A stretch of 64,000 nt of DNA from Octopus sinensis (Eukaryota), in the NCBI RefSeq assembly GCF_006345805.1, contig NC_043006.1:75888001-75952000 (forward strand), written 5' to 3'. Below are positions 43,057 through 55,974 of this stretch, one piece after another (the first letter of the stretch is position 1; each line of letters starts with the position of its first letter). The notes under the pieces were generated by a model that had not been told where the DNA came from, did not search any database, and saw only the letters and a list, made by a program, of their open reading frames with translations. Made by a program: the position numbers and the translations under genes.

Positions 43057-43471
43057 ATATATATATGACTGAAAAACTTTGGAGTCACCAAGAAGGAGTA
43101 CTCCATTTTTTTTCAATTATCAATTCACATTTTTTCAATTATCTATTCACACATGACAAGCCCAAACACAAACCTGGAAGTACATATAATACTGTTACTG
43201 GATAGCACAGGGTGAAATCTCACGGCGGACGAGCATTATACTGTAGTCTACTACGTTCTTAACAGAATATACCATAACTATGTATACATACGTGTGTGTG
43301 TGTGTATGTGTGTGAATACCACACATTTTCCCTCAATCAAATAACTCTGCAAAGAGTGTCATTCATGGAGACATTGGATATTTATTGCTAGTTTTTCACC
43401 GATGTATCAATGTATGCTATGTATGTATGTATGTATGTATGTATGTATGTATATATGTATATGTCTGTCTG

Positions 43472-43536
<65 letters not shown>

Positions 43537-44687
43537 ATGTCTATCCATGTATCTATCAAAAGCAATGCCGTACAGAAATTGAATTGGAAAATATTAAAGT
43601 AGATAATATAATTTTCTTTCCATTTCTTGTTTGACACCCGTAATATGTTAGTCCGTGGAGACATCGTTGAAGACATCACTTTGTGTAGCATATCTAGTGA
43701 AAATCAAGCAGCTGACGCCCATTTCATTTAAAGAGCCTCCCATAAACTTGTCAAGTAATATTTTGATTATTCCGTGAACGATCTCCTGATTGCATTAAAT
43801 ACAAAGGAAGCAAATATTCTAATTACACAACAATTTTCTGTCTGCCTCTACTGTTAATGAGAATACAATTAGCGAATTTACTTCTTCGTATGAAATCATA
43901 TTTTCTTTTTTAAAAAGAAAGAAGACATTTTTCTCTATGCGTTATTATCACTGGAACTTTGTATGTTAAAAGAAGGAATGTATTGTAAAAAACATAAATT
44001 TGTACAAAAAGACATATTGGTCATTTGCTTCATTTTTGACGCATAATCCCATATTCAGATTAAAATTATATCAACATATCATTTTAATTATAAATTATTT
44101 TGATAAATTTCAATCCATTCAATAAAATTATTATCTTCATATTGCATGTCACCAATGATTAATTTTAAGAATGCAATGTGAATGTTGCAGACCTATGCTT
44201 CTAATTGAACTAGATGCATCACTGGACATATAAAAGAAATGATTATATGGTTATTAGAAACCCACCTTAATTAAAATGAAGTCAAATGGAATTTTTGAAA
44301 GGAGATTTTACTGCACATATAAAGTGTAGGGGGAGTTAAATAAGTGACACGTATGCTTCACCTCTTAATCCAGAGTGTCTCTCACGCGCGTCTTTATACA
44401 TATAAAAGTTTCAAAATATATTACAATGTAGAAGAAAAATGGCACTCACATAGAGATGGAAGATCTACACATATAGAGTTTCTCAAGGCTTCGACAATCC
44501 CTTTCCACGCATTGCATTTATTATTGATTAATTCATCATCTCTGCTTTTATTTCCATGGGGAATATTTCTGCTTTGTTTCTATCATAATTGACCTTATCA
44601 TGAAAACAGTCTCACAACAGTGGATTAGTTTATGACAGCAAAAGTTAGAAGCTTGCTTGAATGCATTCGGAGGGGCGCAAATATATT

Positions 44688-44728
44688 TTTACATCACCAG
44701 GAATCCGTACGATTCCTGGTGATGTAAA
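44688..44728. repeat. Perfect 18-bp hairpin with 5-nt loop
   Basis: TTTACATCACCAGGAATC cgtac GATTCCTGGTGATGTAAA. Confidence 0.95.
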
Positions 44729-45244
44729 CATGGTAATGCAGGAAATAACCAACTGTCTCGAAATACACTCCACCGAAAGGCACCCCACCAACACAAAAAT
44801 ATAACTAAAAAGAACAGTAGAAAATCTTATAGACAGTATACAAAGAGACAGTGTGGTTAAAATAGGGATAATTTCGATTGTAGGTCTAACGATATAAGAG
44901 AAATTTGATGCGAAAGAAAAAAACAACAAATATACAAGCTTGAAATAGAAGTTTAACACCTTGGATCCAGAACGTCAGTTCTCGTCCTGTCTGATGGTCA
45001 GACAACATATGCACGTCTGTGTGAGTCAGTATTTATATCCCTATAATAGTATAATACTATAATGGTATCCTATTTTGTTGTTTATTACCTATATTTCACT
45101 AGCGGGTAGTTTGATACCATTTGCTTTGCTAATTGTATTTTCTGTTTATTCAGACTTTATTTTATCCCATCACATAGCAAAATGTAAGATACTGAAATGT
45201 ATATGAAATTAAATATCAACTTGTTTATGGCTTGGAGATAAAAT

Positions 45245-45665
45245 TTTATTCAAATTAGCCGCTCTCAGCTTCCACCTTGGCCTCACTCTGTTCTTGAAAA
45301 GGTCTTCGAACACCTTGATCCGCTCCCTATCTTGGCGCTAATATCGCAGGCTAAGTGGTTAGTGTCTTTCTCGAGCCTACCCCACATATAGTAACCCGCC
45401 GGATTACAATCGAGGTAATTAGGAGGCCAGAAATTGGGCCTAGTGTAACTGTAGAATTACTCTGAGAGCAACTTCCGCAGTTATAGCAAGGCGGCGAATC
45501 CTGGTACCCTACATATGGCTTGCCAGTAGAAATTGTCTCCTGTCCGAGTTTAACCACAGACTCCAACAGCTTCATATGGGTGTCTGGATTGATCCTAAGT
45601 CTCTATTCATGGATGTGAGGTGGCATGACGTCACCCAAACTGGAGACACACCCAAAGACCTTTAC
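45245..45665 (-). mobile_element. maT (DD37D-type) transposase relic
   Basis: VFGCVSSLGDVMPPHI...KPYV..QDSPPC...NFWPPNYLDCNPAGYYMWG (WPPNSPDLNP motif); frameshifted. Confidence 0.8.
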
Positions 45666-46941
45666 CCTTCAGTGGAGCATTGTTCCATATTTTCCATGTC
45701 ACGTTTTACAGCATAAATTGAGTAGAGAGAGCATTGCGCAACAGTCATAATAGGCAGTATGGGGAGCGGTATGTCAATAAAATATCTCCAATGTTTCCGC
45801 TGCATGTCGTAAAAGTTGACTAAAAGAAGTTCACGTAGGATTTGCACTCCGATCTATAAAAACACTCACCAGCAACGATCCAAATAGATCCATGGGTTGG
45901 AGAGTTATCACTTCAGAAGTAAAGAGGTTTCATCCACAAGAAATAGGGAATCACAGACAGATGGGCGATGCAGCGACACGATGTTACAGCGCATGCCCTA
46001 TACTAATGCTGTCACATGACGTCGGCACTTAGATTCCTGGCGGGAATAATCATGATACAGGTAATTCTTTTCCAATATTTAGATTGCTTCCAATGCTCGA
46101 TGTCAGCTAACTTTCCTCAATTACGACGTTAATCTTTATGCACTTCAATATCAGTGACTGTTAACCAATACATCAAACTATACTTGAAAATAAGTAGAAA
46201 TAAAATCGTCAAATTTAGCCTGAAAACTCCGTATAATAAACGTTCCTACACATGTAGCAAACTCTGCACTTATGGCTCTGTATCTAGATATTTATTTTCT
46301 GTAGGATCTTTGAAGTATAATATTAGAGTTCAAGATTAAATTATTACTCTCAGTACTAAGATATCAAATAAAAAGTTGCTTGGCAAGAATGTAGAATAAC
46401 AACTTTAAATAGGAACAAACTTGAGATAAAAGCAATTTATAACATGAGGTAAAGAAAAAGAAAAAAAGACTCCAGGTTTTGAAATCATTCTTAGAATCAA
46501 ATAAGATTTCAGAGCTGGAAGATTTGAGACGTAGATTTCAATTAGCTGAATAGAAACTGAACTGTCACATGATAGAAAGAACGAAATATTTAAATGATTA
46601 ATTAAAAAGATCTTTCTACATATCGAACTTAAAAAATGGAAAGAATGAAATAAAAACCTGGCTGAAATATCTTACTACTTTGGATACTCGCCCGCAATAG
46701 ACATATTATTCTACGCATATTAATGTATTTTGGCAAAAATCCGTCGGCGTTCACAAACTAGATTATGTTAAAGGATAAAAGTGAAAGAGGCCATATGTTT
46801 CTTGATACGATAGTTACGATAAATATGTACGTAGGTATGACGGAGTATATAGATTGGCATAGAGTTATATATATGGCACAGTGATTTGATTGCTAGGAAG
46901 ACAGACGCCCGTATAGCCATATACATGCAAGTATATATATG

Positions 46942-47000
<59 letters not shown>

Positions 47001-47398
47001 AAGTATATATATATATGTATAAGTATATATATATGTATGTATGTATAAGTATATATATATATATATATATAATATATATATATATATAATATATATATGT
47101 ATGTATGTATGTATAAGTATATATATATGTATAAGTATATATATATATATATGCAAACAGACATATATACATACATTTGTGTTCAAGTGTGTGTTAGCTC
47201 GTGTATATATGTATACTCATACATACAGACATGTACACACATACACACACTTACTCATAAACACATACATTTATAAAAACTTACACGCACTCAAACACAA
47301 CACCACACGATTAGACATATCACATTATAGTATACGTATACTAATTTATTTGTATCTACACCTTAATATCGATAAGTATGCTTGTCTCTCTATCGTTT

Positions 47399-47431
<33 letters not shown>

Positions 47432-47465
47432 TATATGTACATGCATATATATATATATATATGTA

Positions 47466-47514
<49 letters not shown>

Positions 47515-47540
47515 ATATATATATATATATAATATATATA

Positions 47541-47617
<77 letters not shown>

Positions 47618-48199
47618 ACATATATATACATATATATATATATATATGTACACAAAGATACATACATGAATGTATATATGCATAACATTACACATATACA
47701 TATACATACATACACATGCACGCACACATACACACACATACGCATGTAGAGGCGTACAGACCCATGTACAGAATCGCAAATACAAGTGTCTGGGGGAAAA
47801 CTATCTATCTATTTAAATTGAAGCTATCTATCAAACTATCAAAACAAACACATCGATTAGTTTGATTTCATAAAGTTTAGCCTTTTCCTACACCATATTT
47901 AAATATTAGCTTTTGCTTTTACATAGATATTATTTTCCGCTGCCCATGCGCACTTCAGCGTGGTTATTATTGTTTTTATTATGATTTATGTTATTATTTT
48001 ATGTATTTACAATGTTTGGGGATTAAATTTCTATCTCATTAAATGTATAGAGACAAACAGATAGCACTTGATTTGTTTGTCTATTGAGGGGTTCCTGATT
48101 TGTTTGAAAGTTCATTGATTACTGATGTTATGGGTCACGCTTTGGCCCAAATTCGGTATTAGTTATCTGTTTTAGTAATGATAATAATCCTCTCTACTA

Positions 48200-48394
48200 T
48201 AGGCACGAGGTCTGAAGTTGGCAGGGAGTGGGTAAGTCGATCACATTGACCTCAGTATTTCACTGGTATTCAATTAATCGACCCCGAAATGAAGCAAGGC
48301 AAAGTCAACCTCGGGAGAATTAGAACTCAGAACGTAAAGACGGGCGAAATACCGCCATGTATTTTGCATGGTGTACTATGTATCCTACCAATGA

Positions 48395-48436
<42 letters not shown>

Positions 48437-48660
48437 CACTACTACTTTCTATTATGGGCACAAGGCCTCACATTTGATGGGAGGAAACTAGAAGATTACT
48501 TCGACCCCAGTGCCGGACTGGTATTTATCTTATTGACCCCAACAGGATGAAAAGCAAAGTCAACCTCAGCGGAATTTGAACTCAGGACGAAGTGATGGAC
48601 GAATCGTCGCTAAGCATTTTTTCCCGGCGTGTTAACGACTCTGCCAGTTCGCAGCCTTAA
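48200..48660 (-). mobile_element. Two tRNA-derived SINEs (family C) separated by (CTA)n
   Basis: Both match the GAGTTCAAATTCCGC.GAGGT.GACTTTGC.TTTCATCC unit of the 51.8-kb array. Confidence 0.8.
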
Positions 48661-48671
48661 AAATAATGATG

Positions 48672-48761
<90 letters not shown>

Positions 48762-48762
48762 A

Positions 48763-48807
<45 letters not shown>

Positions 48808-49197
48808 GCGCATTAGGTATGATTAGTAGTGGGGATGCAGTCATCTACTCTGTATACATGTCCATGAGTACATTCCGCTAAAGACTTAAAAGCCGGTCAA
48901 GATAAAGCGGAAGAAAAATTAAATTATTAGAATTCTAGAAAGGAAAGGGTTTTTCGACGTGATTCCTTACATATTTCATTCGACAAATAATATCCACAAT
49001 GCTTTGGTGCTCAAAAGAAAAATAACATTTCAGAGTTTACTTCAGTGAAATTAGATAGCGTTTTGTATACGAATATGAAGTCTTATGCTAAAATTAAAAT
49101 TACCTTTAACACTCAACTAATTTGAGAAAATCGCTTCAAAAATCGAATAAAACAGAATAACTTCATGAAAACTTTTGAATGGTGCGCATAAAGTTTG

Positions 49198-49235
<38 letters not shown>

Positions 49236-49239
<4 letters not shown>

Positions 49240-49566
49240 TTTCGATTCCCAGACCGGGCGTTGTGAGTGTTTATTGAGCGAAAACACCTAAAGCTCCACG
49301 AAGCTCCGGCAGGGGATGGTGGTGATCCCTGCTGTACTCTTTCACCACAACTTCCTCTCACTCTTACTTCCTGTTTCTGTTATACCTGTATTTCAAAGGG
49401 CCAGCCTTGTCACTCTCTGTGTCACCCTGAATATCCCCGAGAACTATGTTAAGGGTACACGTGTCTGTGGAGTGCTCAGCCACTTACACGTTAATTTCAC
49501 GAGTAGGATGTTCCGTTGATTCGGATCAACCGGAACCCTCGTCGTCGTAACCGACGGAGTGCTTCC
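49236..49566 (+). mobile_element. SINE family A (5'-truncated)
   Basis: B-box GGTTTCGATTCCC and a body shared with the 22961 and 34498 copies. Confidence 0.85.
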
Positions 49567-49597
<31 letters not shown>

Positions 49598-50390
49598 TAT
49601 GTTTCGTATACTTAGCATATTTCATCCAGAGGTATTTGGATAATGCATTATGTATTTTTCAGTAAATAGCAGTAAGTACAAATTACTGAGAACCATATAT
49701 ATGTAAGCTAAGCTTTGTGGAAATGCTGACACTTTAGCTTGGGGATACATATTAAATAATTATCACTTTGGACAGACTGTTATCAAAATTATCTCGTAAA
49801 TAATTATCAATTAAAATATTCGAGGATATAAGAAGAATTTTGATTCCATTCCAACTGCCATAATCTCAGACCTAAAGGTAACCATTGGTAAAAGTGAAAA
49901 CAATTCTGCGGGTATGTATTTCTTCAAGTAAGATATTAAATCCAACCAAGTTACATATTTCATTAAATAAATACTTGTATTTATAGACGTCTGCAAATTT
50001 GATACCGTTTTTGTTTTATAAGAGTTGTTGATATAGATATGTGTAGTTTTAACGAAGAACTGCATTGACGTGTGATATAAGTATAAAAAATTGTGCCAAA
50101 TTTGTGTAAAAAAACTGGGTTTGTTTTCAGAATCTATTGGGTAATCGGACACCAAGGACTTGAATTCGATAATATCAGAAACTTTTTTGTTTTTGCAACA
50201 CAATACTACTGATATGACTTCGAAACTGACAAATTCTTCTTATTAAGACAGTGAGATATCCTTTACATTTCATCTTTTCGAGATCGATAAGATAAAGTAC
50301 CTGCTGAATACTAGTGTCAGTGTAATCGACTAGCTTCATGCTCTAAAAGTTCAAACCCTGTGCCTATAGTAGAAAGGATCATCATCATCA

Positions 50391-50435
<45 letters not shown>

Positions 50436-50577
50436 TATCATCATCATTATTATTATTATTATCATTATTATTATCATCATCATTATTATTATCATTATCA
50501 TTATCATTATTATTACTATTATTATTACTATTATCATTATTATTACTATTATCATTATTATTATTATTATTATTATA

Positions 50578-50609
<32 letters not shown>

Positions 50610-50638
50610 CATCATTATTATTATTATCATTATCATTT

Positions 50639-50672
<34 letters not shown>

Positions 50673-50974
50673 ACAATAAAAAGAGCGGATACGTTACGTA
50701 CGATATATTATAGAGATAGGCCCTATTTATTGAATTTAGCGGTGTTTGGGTTCAAAAGGTAAACTGACAATACTCAGAAATTCAGAAATTCGAAATTTGA
50801 ACTGGAATTTCATGTTTCTTTCTCAACAAAACGTTATAAATTTTCACTTGTTCATTACCGCTAACAAGAAAAAAAGAAACAGAAGAAAGAAAAAATAGAA
50901 AGATATGCGTTTTTCAAACAAATCCTTCATTATTCGAATACTGCGGCCTTTAGACGACGTAAGAAAAGTATATG

Positions 50975-51410
50975 CAAGAACTATTAATCAGTAACTCTAG
51001 TCGTAATACGAAGCCCATTAGAGTTTCTGAACTCTATACCCCTAGAAACAGCTGGGAAAGAAGTAAGCCCTGTTAATTGTGCATCAACATGTCTCAACCC
51101 CATCAAAGATTATAAACAGAGGTGATAATATTGATATAGAAGGAGTGTCCTGTAAGGATTCCCATTTGGTGTGTCCAATAGAATGCACTGAACACAATTT
51201 AATCGTTTCACAACAGAAAACTTAGATAAAAGGTTCAACGGGCACAGGTATGACGTCAGACACAATAACAGTATTTCGACGGACCTCACCGAACAATTCA
51301 TATTAAACGGCTGTAAATTTGAGGGACGCCTGAAAGTAGAGATCGAAAGAAAATATTCTGACACCACTACACGTTCAGTCCTCAAAACATGAGGATACAT
51401 ATATTTGTAG
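50975..51410 (+). mobile_element. Penelope-like GIY-YIG endonuclease relic
   Basis: Cys-rich lead-in (CASTC; C..SHLVCPIEC) then ENLDKRFNGHRYDVRHN...TDLTEQF...LKVEI; frameshifted. Confidence 0.65.
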
Positions 51411-51763
51411 TTTGAATATATTTGTGAATTTCTAGCGTCCCGTCCTGGCAGAATAGATAAAATGTTAGAAAATTGACATAACATTTACAAAAAAAAAAAA
51501 ATTGATAAGGAGTTATCTTTCTTGCTTTCTCTTTTCTTTTATTTGTTACCTTCCTTCCTTGTTGCAACTTATGAACAAGCGAAAATTAATGATGTTTTGT
51601 CTAGACACTAACGCAGGATACTGTAGTTCGAATTTCGAATTTCTGTATTTTTGCTTAGTTTATATTTTTCATTTTGAACCCAGGGAAGACAGACATGCTG
51701 TCGATATATTGTCAAATTCAATAACAAGAGTCAATACTTTTGACGGTTAGGAGTTACGTACAG

Positions 51764-52724
51764 TGGAGCTAGCTGAATCGTTAGCACGCTGGGCGAAATG
51801 CTTAGCGGTATTTCGTCTGCATTAAGTTGTGAGTTCAAATTCCGCCGAGGTCGACTTTGCCTTTCATCCTTTCGGGGTCGATAAATTAAGTACCAGTTAC
51901 GCACTGGGGTCGATATAATCAACTTAATCTGTGTGTCTGTTCTTGTTCGTCCTCTCTGTGTTTAGCCCCTTGTGGGTAATACAGAAATAGGTATTTCGTC
52001 TGCGTTACGTTGTGAGTTCAAATTCCGCCGAGGTCGACTTTGCCTTTCATCCTTTCGGGGTCGATAAAGTAAGTACCAGTTACGCACTGGGGTCGATGTA
52101 ATCGACTTAATACCTATGTCTGTCCTTGTTTGTCCCCTCTGTGTTTAGCCCCTTGTGGGTAATAAAGAAATAGGTATTTCGTCTGCCATTATGTTCTGAG
52201 TTAAAATTCTGCCGAGGTCGACTTTGCTTTTCATCCTTTAGGGGTCGATAAATTAAGTACCAGTTACGTACTGGGGTCGATGTAATCGACTTAATCCGTT
52301 TGTCTGTCCTTGTTTGTCCCCTCTGTGTTTATCCCCTTGTGGGTAGTAAAGAAATAGGTATTTCGTCTGCCGTTACGTTCTGAGTTCAAATTAGGCCGAG
52401 GTCGACTTTGCCTTTCATCGTTTCGGGGTCGATAAATTAAGTACCATTTACGCACTGGGGTAGATGTAATCGACTTAATCCGTTTGTCTCTCCTGGGTTG
52501 TCCTCTCTGTATTTAGCCCCTTGTGGGTAGTAAAGAAATATGTATTCCGTTTGTCTTAACGATCTGAGTTCAAATTCCGCCGATGTCATCGTTGCCTTTC
52601 ATCCTTTCGGGGTCGATAAATTAAGTACCAGTTATGCACTGGGTCGATGTAATCGACTTAATCCGTTTGTCTGTCCTTGTTTGTCCCCTCTGTGTTTAGC
52701 CCCTTGTGGGCAATAACGAAATAA
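51764..52724 (+). repeat. SINE-derived tandem array, 5 x 183-184 bp
   Basis: Units start near 51807, 51990, 52173, 52357 and 52541; only the first is preceded by the SINE A-box head. Confidence 0.95.
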
Positions 52725-53011
52725 GAATCGTTAGCATATCAGGCAACATGCTTTATGGTACTTCGTCCGTCTTTACGTTCTGAGTTCGAATTCAGTCGAG
52801 ATCAGCTTACCCTTTCATCCTTTTGTGTTGCATAAAATAAGTGCCAGTTGAGCTGCTGGGGTCGATGTAATTAACATACGCCCTCACCAAATTGCTGGCG
52901 TTGTACCAAACCATTATCATTACTATTGAGTGACAAATTGTCAGCATCGTTAGAGCGTCGGACAAAATTCGTAAGAGCCTTTTTTCCGGTTGTATACATA
53001 TCACATTAATA

Positions 53012-53580
53012 ATTAATACATTTTAGGGTACCAAAAAATTCTAGAAAAATTCTCCGCTATCAGCGGTCAAGTGAGAAAGAAAAATAGTCAATAGACTATA
53101 TAATATACATTCAAACATATAAGGGATGGCCATAATAGGACATCCGTCTCACTAGAAAGAGCAGCCGAACTCCAAACCACTAATAGTTGTAATTTTGAAA
53201 TGGAAAGAGAAATAAAAACGTTTACCCTCTTCTTTCTGGACTATGCATAGTTTCGGCAATCTTTTGTAAATAAATTTATTTATTTACCACTGGCGTTGCC
53301 TCGTCAGCAGAAAAGCCAAGGACTAACATATATCCACGAGGTGATGATAAACATGCCTCGAGTCTATATGCTATGAATTTTCAAAATCCACCACGCTCGA
53401 ACGGTTTACTCAGCAGTAAATATAAACTGCCGAATTAATTTCAAAATTAGCCAAAAAATCATTAATTAATAAATTTTAGGGTAGCAAAAAATTCTAGAAA
53501 AATTCTCCGCTACCAGCGGTCAAGTGAGAAAGAAAAATAGTCAATAGACTATATAATATACATTCAAACATGTTTGAATG
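53012..53580 (-). mobile_element. Retrozyme-like non-autonomous element, ~1.25 units of 453 bp, 15-bp TSD
   Basis: Direct repeat 53021-53118 = 53474-53571; TSD CATATCACATTAATA at 52997-53011 and 53581-53595; 9-bp terminal inversion at 53572-53580; contains a hammerhead. Confidence 0.8.
53233..53313 (-). ncRNA. Type I hammerhead ribozyme (canonical core)
   Basis: UUUCUG CUGACGA GGCAA [36 nt] UUGCC GAAA CUAUGCAUAG UC^ CAGAAA: all core nucleotides present, three perfect stems. Confidence 0.85.
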
Positions 53581-53593
53581 CATATCACATTAA

Positions 53594-53961
53594 TAGTTAT
53601 CGCCAAGCTAACATGGTAGTCCAGAAATATAGGACGAATGCTGTCGTTGATTAGCTCCAAGAGGCCATCGCCTCTAGCTGGCTATGTGACACACAAACCT
53701 GTGTCCATTATAACCTTCGAACAAGGGAGGTCAGCAGCTTCATCTTACTGGTCTGGCTACCACAGACTACTTTCGAGGTGGTTGCCTCTAATCAGTGTAG
53801 AGTAGCCGAACCCAGCAGGCGTCACTCCCCTTGATAGAAGGTTATAATGGACACAGGTTTGTGTATCCCATAGCTAGTTAGAAGCAATAGCCTCTTGAAG
53901 CTAATCAACGGCAGCATTCGTCCTATTTTTCTGGGCTGCCATGTTAGCTTGGCGATAACTA
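53594..53961. mobile_element. MITE with ~135-bp TIRs flanked by TTAA
   Basis: TTAA|TAGTTATCGCCAAGCTAACATGG...CCATGTTAGCTTGGCGATAACTA|TTAA. Confidence 0.85.
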
Positions 53962-54429
53962 TTAATATCCAGTACCGCTGCCGTAGTCTCCCTTAAAGAG
54001 AATTAGAAATAATGAATATTTCTACATATCACATTGTTTACGTTCAAATTCCGGTGAAGTTAATTTCGCCTTTCATCTTCTTGAAGTCGTTAAGATAATT
54101 AACTCTGATGTCGTTGTAATCGACTGTCCAATTCCTCTAAAATTTTTGCATTGTCTCAAAATTATCCTAACTATTACAAAGGCCATGGATTGACAGAATC
54201 GACAGGCTGTCAGAAAACAATGTCTAGTGGTATTTCTTTCAATTCTTTACTCTGTGAGTTCAAATCATGTCCATGTCTATAAGATACCAGTCAACTACTG
54301 GAGTCGGTAGTTTTCACTAACCCGCATCCCTCAAAACTTCTTGGTTGAGTGCCTAGATCAGAAACAAATATAACATACACACACACAATTTTCTACGCAT
54401 AATATATAATATATATATATATATAATAT

Positions 54430-54461
<32 letters not shown>

Positions 54462-55669
54462 CACATAAATATATACGCATACATATATTGCTAAATAATT
54501 GCACGCATACACACACACATGCATATATAATTATCGAAAATAGAGATTATTTTCTCCAAGGCACAAATCTTTATTTGTTAAGGGAAATGTTAGATTTTAT
54601 TGAATTATTGCCAGTTCTTAATTTATTTTTTCTTTAGTTTCACTGACTCTGATCTGCGAAGAACGAAAATAGATGCTGCGAAGTATTGAATTTTTGTGTT
54701 CTACCGTTTGCAATATAACACCGGCCTTCCACCGTTATCTTAATTATCTGTTAGTCTTAAGGTTTTAATTCTGGAAGCAGTCAAAAAGCGCGTTTCTTTG
54801 AAACCTTGAATGCAAAGCATTCTATACTTGGATGAGATAATTAGAATTCTCGTCACTGGATATTTACGCAAGCTATCGTTATACACCAATAAATATTGTT
54901 ATTTATAACGATATATTTGACTTCCATAGAAAAGTATATACGAATTTTGAAGCTGATTTCGTTTCCTAAATTTTCAGACAGCAACAATGTTAAATGTGAA
55001 ATATAACATGGAATATATAATTTGTTGCGAGTTATTTGGTTTTTTAATCAGTTTAACGTCACTTTTAAAATTATAGGCCTTTTAAAATATTCTGATTAAT
55101 CTGAAGAAATATTTAAATATATAATGATGCAGCTGAAATATTTCATAGATGACCTTGGTTCGCCGTAATAAATTATCGTTTGGTTAGTGCACACATTAAT
55201 ATTCCATTAAAATTAATTGATCATGTCTGCGGGTGTATGTTATAAAGCGGTCTGAAAGCTTTAATATTATTAATACCACATGATTTAACTAGAACTGGCT
55301 GCTATAAAGTACCAGAATAAACGGACTACAGAAGTTTGTTTTCTTTAATATTCAGAATTTAAATCTAGTTAAGCTGCGTTCTTATCTGTCAAATGTCTGT
55401 GCAAGCAATATCACTAACGAGTAAAGATCAAATATTCCACTCCTTATTGAGACTAAGCTAGTGTTAACATTTAATGTAGTGATTATGAAGAAATAGATTC
55501 TTAGTAGACTTAATTGAATCCATTAAAGATCTCGCAACGAAGAAAGATACACTGTTAGCTCAAAAACGCTAGCGTAATTTTATTCATTTCAGCAAATAAA
55601 AAAAAACAAAATCCAAGCATTCTTTGTTCCAGTAGAACTCCTCAACGAAGTGGAATTATCTTTTATTCT

Positions 55670-55910
55670 TTTACTTGTTTCAGTCATTTGACTGCGGCCA
55701 TGCTGGAGCACTGCCTTAGTCGAAGAAAACGACCCCAGGACTTATTCTTTATTGACTAGTACTTATTCTATAGATCTCTTTTGCCGAACCGCTAAGTTAC
55801 GGGGACGTAAACACACCAAGCGGTGTTCGGGTAATAACAGACACACAAACGTATACACAAATATATATATATACATATCTATCTATCTATCTATCTATCT
55901 ATATATATAT

Positions 55911-55974
<64 letters not shown>

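Noticed and set aside
43630-43790. Copia RNase H-like (+) or kinase-like (-) short peptides
   Set aside because: Only a few matching residues and no flanking domain context.
44650-44730. Sulfotransferase-like YITRNPYD motif
   Set aside because: It is followed at once by a stop, has no splice support, and overlaps the hairpin; probably chance.
51764-52724. CRISPR-like regular array
   Set aside because: The whole 183-bp unit repeats with no unique spacers, it derives from a SINE, and there are no cas genes.
53060-53115. Hairpin-ribozyme loop-B-like fold on the + strand of the retrozyme unit
   Set aside because: Loop residues do not match the consensus (GAAACA / GUAUAUUA) and are not conserved in the 57k copy.
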